A stretch of 64,000 nt of DNA from Eledone cirrhosa (lineage: Eukaryota), in contig OZ024741.1 in the NCBI GenBank assembly GCA_964016885.1, positions 185,504,001-185,568,000 on the forward strand, written 5' to 3'. How positions within the stretch are numbered: position 1 is the first letter of the stretch; each line of letters starts with the position of its first letter. Below are positions 59,349 to 64,000 of this stretch, piece after piece. The translations under genes were made by a program, and so were the position numbers. Below the pieces are notes generated by a model. That model was not told where the DNA came from and did no database searches. It saw only the letters and a program-made list of their open reading frames with translations.

Positions 59349-60089
59349 ATATATAATGATCTAAGAGAGACTCTAAATGATCGCTTTGCTTGGTAGAAAT
59401 ACCAGAATTTCTCCCCTAAATTACTCCATACCATGCAACGGAAGGACATATTTGAAAATGTGATACGAAATGAACGATTACAGAAATTACGAGGAGATTG
59501 TTTTCTTGTTGTTTAGCCTCAGTGTATACCTAATCAAGCAGACCTTTGATGAACATATTTCTTGTCGTAACTATTCCGATTTTCTGCTATGCGCAGTAAA
59601 CCAATAATCCAATGTGTAATTTTGTAAGACGGGCAGTATGTGATAATTAATGAAAAGAAATGGCCCACTCTAAGAACAGATATTAATGGACGAGTAGTGG
59701 TAATTAGAAAGTACAAGTCTCAGTTTATATAACCATATAACTTAACATAGTAAGAAGGTTAGAATTAGATGACATTTAGTTGGAGATTATGTTTGAGGTC
59801 AGAAGTTTGGTATGTCTATAATGATTGTAGATTTAACAAGTTAAGTGTCCTTTTTTAAACCGAACATTATCTGCGGTGGCGGCAATTGCCTTTTAAGTTA
59901 GGTCCACACACTATTTTTCTTTTCTTCTCTTCATTCTCTCCGCTTATGGAACTCAGCAACCTATCTATTTACCTCCTCTTTCTCCCAATCCATTATTTTC
60001 CTTTATCTACCCCAATGCAGATTACCTCGGAGAACTCCACTTCACAATCCAACACTGGGAAAAACTCATCTGCAATGTCAGATTTGACA

Positions 60090-60300
60090 GCATCAGCTGA
60101 CAGCAGGTGAAGCTTCCAGTGATGTCATGTGGCCTCGGCTCGGTGGTTTAGCTTTGCAGCGGATGTCGCTGGCCATTGTCCGCGAAAATGACTTTGCACT
60201 TCTCTCCGCGGGGCCGAAACACAACCCCCAACCTACGCATAGTGCCTATCATCCACCCCCCCTTTCCCTCTTTCTCTTTCTCTTTCTCCTTGTTTGGTCC
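60090..60300 (+). mobile_element. 3'-terminal scrap of a CRE-like element
   Basis: LQRMSLAIVRENDFALL resembles the QRLSVAIQRGNA end motif of CRE-clade ORFs. Confidence 0.55.
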
Positions 60301-60642
60301 TCCTTTTCCTCTCATTTATAGCATTTTTAGTCTTTTCCTTTACTTTCCTTTACAGACAGATCTGCCCTTATTTACTCCTTCCCTTGTTCTTCACAACTTA
60401 ATTTTGTTTTTCTCGTATTTTCTTTTCATATTTCCCTCATTGTATGACTTCTTTTCGTAAAATATAGTTGGCATCATATGAAAAAGTATTGTTAGATCTA
60501 TATTAGGTATAGGGGAAAAAATGTGTGAAACGAAAAATAAAAATATTGTGGTTAATGTCTATGTGGGTGTATTGTGTCTAGTGTTGACGTAGTGAGAGAC
60601 TAATTTGGCTATTACTATAGAAATGCCCTATAAGCATATATA

Positions 60643-60719
60643 CAGGGTGTCCCCAAAAATGTATACACACTTTAACAGAATTCTAATAAATATGTGTATA
60701 CATTTTGGGGGACACCCTG
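60643..60719. mobile_element. 77-bp Tc1/mariner-type MITE
   Basis: TIRs cagggtgtccccaaaaatgtatacaca / tgtgtatacattttgggggacaccctg; TA on the left, CA on the right. Confidence 0.75.
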
Positions 60720-62242
60720 CATTATGTTTAGATTTATCATATTAAAACATGTCTACCAAATTGGCTGCTCCTACAAAGGCAGAGTATTAAAATATAATAT
60801 TACTTTATACGAAGCTAGAAGGATGCATAGAAAAAGAAAGACGGGAATCTTTCTTTTTCTACATTAGGCATAACGGACAAAGCTAAAATATTAATAATAA
60901 AATTATAGGTTAATGTATTAGAGTGTTACTGTGAATATCGATGTACATTATGACAATGTAAATGAATAATGTAAGTATTACTCTGTATATACAATAGTCA
61001 GTAGTAGTGCTTTTCCAAACACCGTTTCTTGACTTTCAGCTGTACAAAGATGGTATGCAGTTTTTTTGTTTGTTTCTTTCTTTTTTGTTTCTTTCAGTTT
61101 ATGACTTAGCCAAGAGGAGTAATCTTGCATTTTATATTAAATCTGATATTATGTTTTAAGTTCCATATGGGTTTCGTGAGTACCCTATCACTTGTTCTAC
61201 TCTAATTTTGAATGATGTGATTATGATTGTAATATATAAATCAGAAACGTTAATTGGTGCAACTATGAATGAAAAGGCATAGGCATATTGTAAGTATCTA
61301 CACTAGTCATTGCATTAAGTTTTACGATCTAATGGAAAATTATAAGGCTAACAGCAGTTACTAATTACAGAATCAGAGTTGGCGTAAGTTTAAATGATCT
61401 GAAGTTAGTTAAATTTTGTGTAAAATCAACACTGGTAGACTACAATATTCTGATGTGTTATTAGACGTTTTTTAATGCGTATGTTGCAGGAGAATATTTC
61501 TTTAATAAAACAATAATTGCAACAGCTGTAACTATAGCTACATTGAAATTGACGAAACCAGATGGTGTTATTTTTTCTTTAGTTGTTTACGTTTGGTTTG
61601 TATTTTCTATACATTCGATTTTATGTTAGATTTTATGTTAGAAATGTTCTTGGATAAATCATTGGTAACATCCTAATTGTAGCAACAGTGTTTGTTTAAA
61701 CACTTCGTTTAGAGTAAAACAAATATAATTAAATACTTAGGTTGAAAGTGAGAAGTGAGTTCTAAGAACTTGAGGGTTGTAAGATACATTTCTATAATAA
61801 TCAATAACCACACTCTTAAATAAAACATGTAAATATTTGCGATGGTTTTCGATTAGTTCGGCGCTTTGATTTCTTTAGAACAGAAGGACAACCATCATTT
61901 CAATACAGATTTCCTTAGTATACATGGGACTCTGGATTTTGATTTAAATAAGAATACATACGTCTAGAATATCTCTTTCATCAGCTAAATATTTTGTCCC
62001 TATGTGGATTTACTATTGTAAAATCGACAGGTTTTACCCACGTAGCCTAATTAAAGTTGAGTAAAGTTTTCATTACATTTTTAAGAAACATTGTTACAAA
62101 AAACCACACTGGACCCGGAGTCCTAAGGTTTAGCATAGATGTTAAGTGTATGATATTTAATATATGTTAAATATGCTTTCTACTACTTGATTGAGTATTC
62201 TGTCCTTGACGTTTGTCTACGGATTTCCTTCTAGACACACAC

Positions 62243-62278
<36 letters not shown>

Positions 62279-62282
<4 letters not shown>

Positions 62283-63031
62283 AGATAAGCAGAACAAGTA
62301 AAATTCAACCAATTCTTCAAAATAAATCAAAATTAATTTAAAATTAAAATTAATCAAAATTAAAAAATATAATATAAATATTTACCTATTCAAATGGCCC
62401 TTACTGTACAGTTTCACTTTGCAAAACGTTAGATATCACATGGATATTAATGGAAAAACAAAGATCATCAGAGAAGCATTTTCCTTTCCTAGTGTTAAAA
62501 ACCTCAGGAGCGATAAAATATATGACCTCGTCCCCAGCTAACATGGGTCTGAAAGGTCGTAAAAGTGACCCGTATATACACCGGTGTGAAGTGAAGGCGG
62601 GAAATCACAGACTTGTTGTCTATAGTCGCCACTAAAAAAATAGCACCTCGATAGAACGACAGATTTGTTCTCTACATAACGGAGACTAATGAATAAAGTT
62701 AATATGTCTAAGGGTACAAGGTACCCCCAGAAATACATAGGTTGTCTATGATTCAAGGTGGTTCTATGGTAATAATTTGATATACCAGAACTTAATATCA
62801 AGATAAGCAGAACAAGTAAAATTCAACCAATTCTTCAAAATAAATCAAAATTATTAATTTTAAATTAATTTTGATTTATTTTGAAGAATTGGTTGAATTT
62901 TACTTGTTCTGCTTATCTTGATATTAAGTTCTGGTATATCAAATTATTACCATAGAACCACCTTGAATCATAGACAACCTATGTATTTCTGGGAGTACCT
63001 TGTACCCTTAGACATATTAACTTTATTCATT
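62279..63031. mobile_element. Non-coding hammerhead element family N: ~520-bp unit with terminal direct repeat plus inverted arm
   Basis: 62279-62340 repeats at 62797-62853; palindrome 62688-63031 centred near 62858. Confidence 0.85.
62397..62477 (-). ncRNA. Canonical hammerhead (family N)
   Basis: cttct CTGATGA tctttg..caaagt GAA ACTGTACAGT A aggg; GUA cleavage triplet. Confidence 0.8.
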
Positions 63032-63580
63032 ATATATATATATATATATATTTACTATATCTATTTGCTATACCTTGATTTTATATGTTCAGGCTTGTTA
63101 ATTTATTAACCCGCCATAGAACCACATTGGCATACAGCTGGATAATACTTGTATCCCTATATGTATTTTTTACACGTAGGTACACATACTTTATTATTAT
63201 TAATCTCCCCTAAGGTAGAGATAATATTTTGGTAGTTTGAACTGCTGCTATTTCTAGTGGCAGGACATTGACCTGTCCGCCCTGCCTTCTGTCTTTATCC
63301 ACGGCACTAGACAAAATTGTTTCTTTCCTCATTCACTCTCATCCGGGAACAGTTTTGTATGGCGTCAGTTTGTGATTTGAACTCGGAAATTTTATATTCT
63401 CCGAGCTAGAAGAGCCTTCTGAAGAGAGTCCCCTTCTCAATGGCTGAGGCTTGGATTATCCCTTTATTTGAGGATTTTGAACCGCGCCGTAAAGGCACAT
63501 GTAGTAAGTACAGCGAACTTTTTAAAATTTATTTAAAAACTTTTTCTCTATTTGCTAGACCCTGACTTTATATATATATA

Positions 63581-63767
63581 GGAAAGGGTATGACCCCGAC
63601 GGCAGAGCTCAAGCCGTTTCGACGGCTATTTCAGGATGCAAATAGCCGTCGAGAAGGCTTGAGCTCTGCCGTCGGGGTCATACCCTTTCCTATCACCCAC
63701 TCTACTACGCTAAGTATCGAGTACTCTGGTGCGTTATGGTCCACCTGATTCCTTACCATAATTCCCT

Positions 63768-63770
<3 letters not shown>
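63581..63770. mobile_element. Foldback family C
   Basis: Palindrome centred near 63634; (TA)n flanks. Confidence 0.88.
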
Positions 63771-63848
<78 letters not shown>

Positions 63849-64000
63849 TATGTGTGTGTGTGTGTATGTATATATATGTAGATATATATATTTTTTTTTT
63901 TTCAAGAAATAACAAGACAAACACAGAGAACAGAGATGCAAAGGCACAATATTTTATTAGTATTACGCATAGGATAAAGTAGCAAATGGCTTGTAGTTTC

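Noticed and set aside
62602-62626. Resemblance to the 32-bp array unit (aaatcacagacttgttgtctatagt)
   Set aside because: Short, gapped and AT-rich; it lies in an unrelated family and is plausibly chance.

Overview
AT-rich, microsatellite-saturated eukaryotic non-coding DNA. The repeat repertoire resembles an octopus/cephalopod genome (inference from recalled SINE sequences, not a search). No intact host gene could be supported: nearly all ORF-track hits are translated (TA)n/(CA)n repeats. The window is a retroelement graveyard. It holds at least five decayed Penelope-like elements (PLEs; RT and/or C-terminal GIY-YIG), two RTE-type LINE fragments with twin-priming-like inversions, a CRE-like non-LTR element, an L1/Tx1 3' fragment, three tRNA-derived SINE families, a tiny Tc1/mariner-type MITE and a 1.7-kb 32-bp tandem array that grew inside a SINE. 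The most striking signal is a dense population of about a dozen unrelated short non-coding elements. They sit in (TA)n tracts, are mostly arranged as foldback palindromes, and most carry a minimal type-I hammerhead ribozyme motif, several with family-specific non-canonical cores. Element boundaries were read by eye and are approximate to within a few tens of bases.
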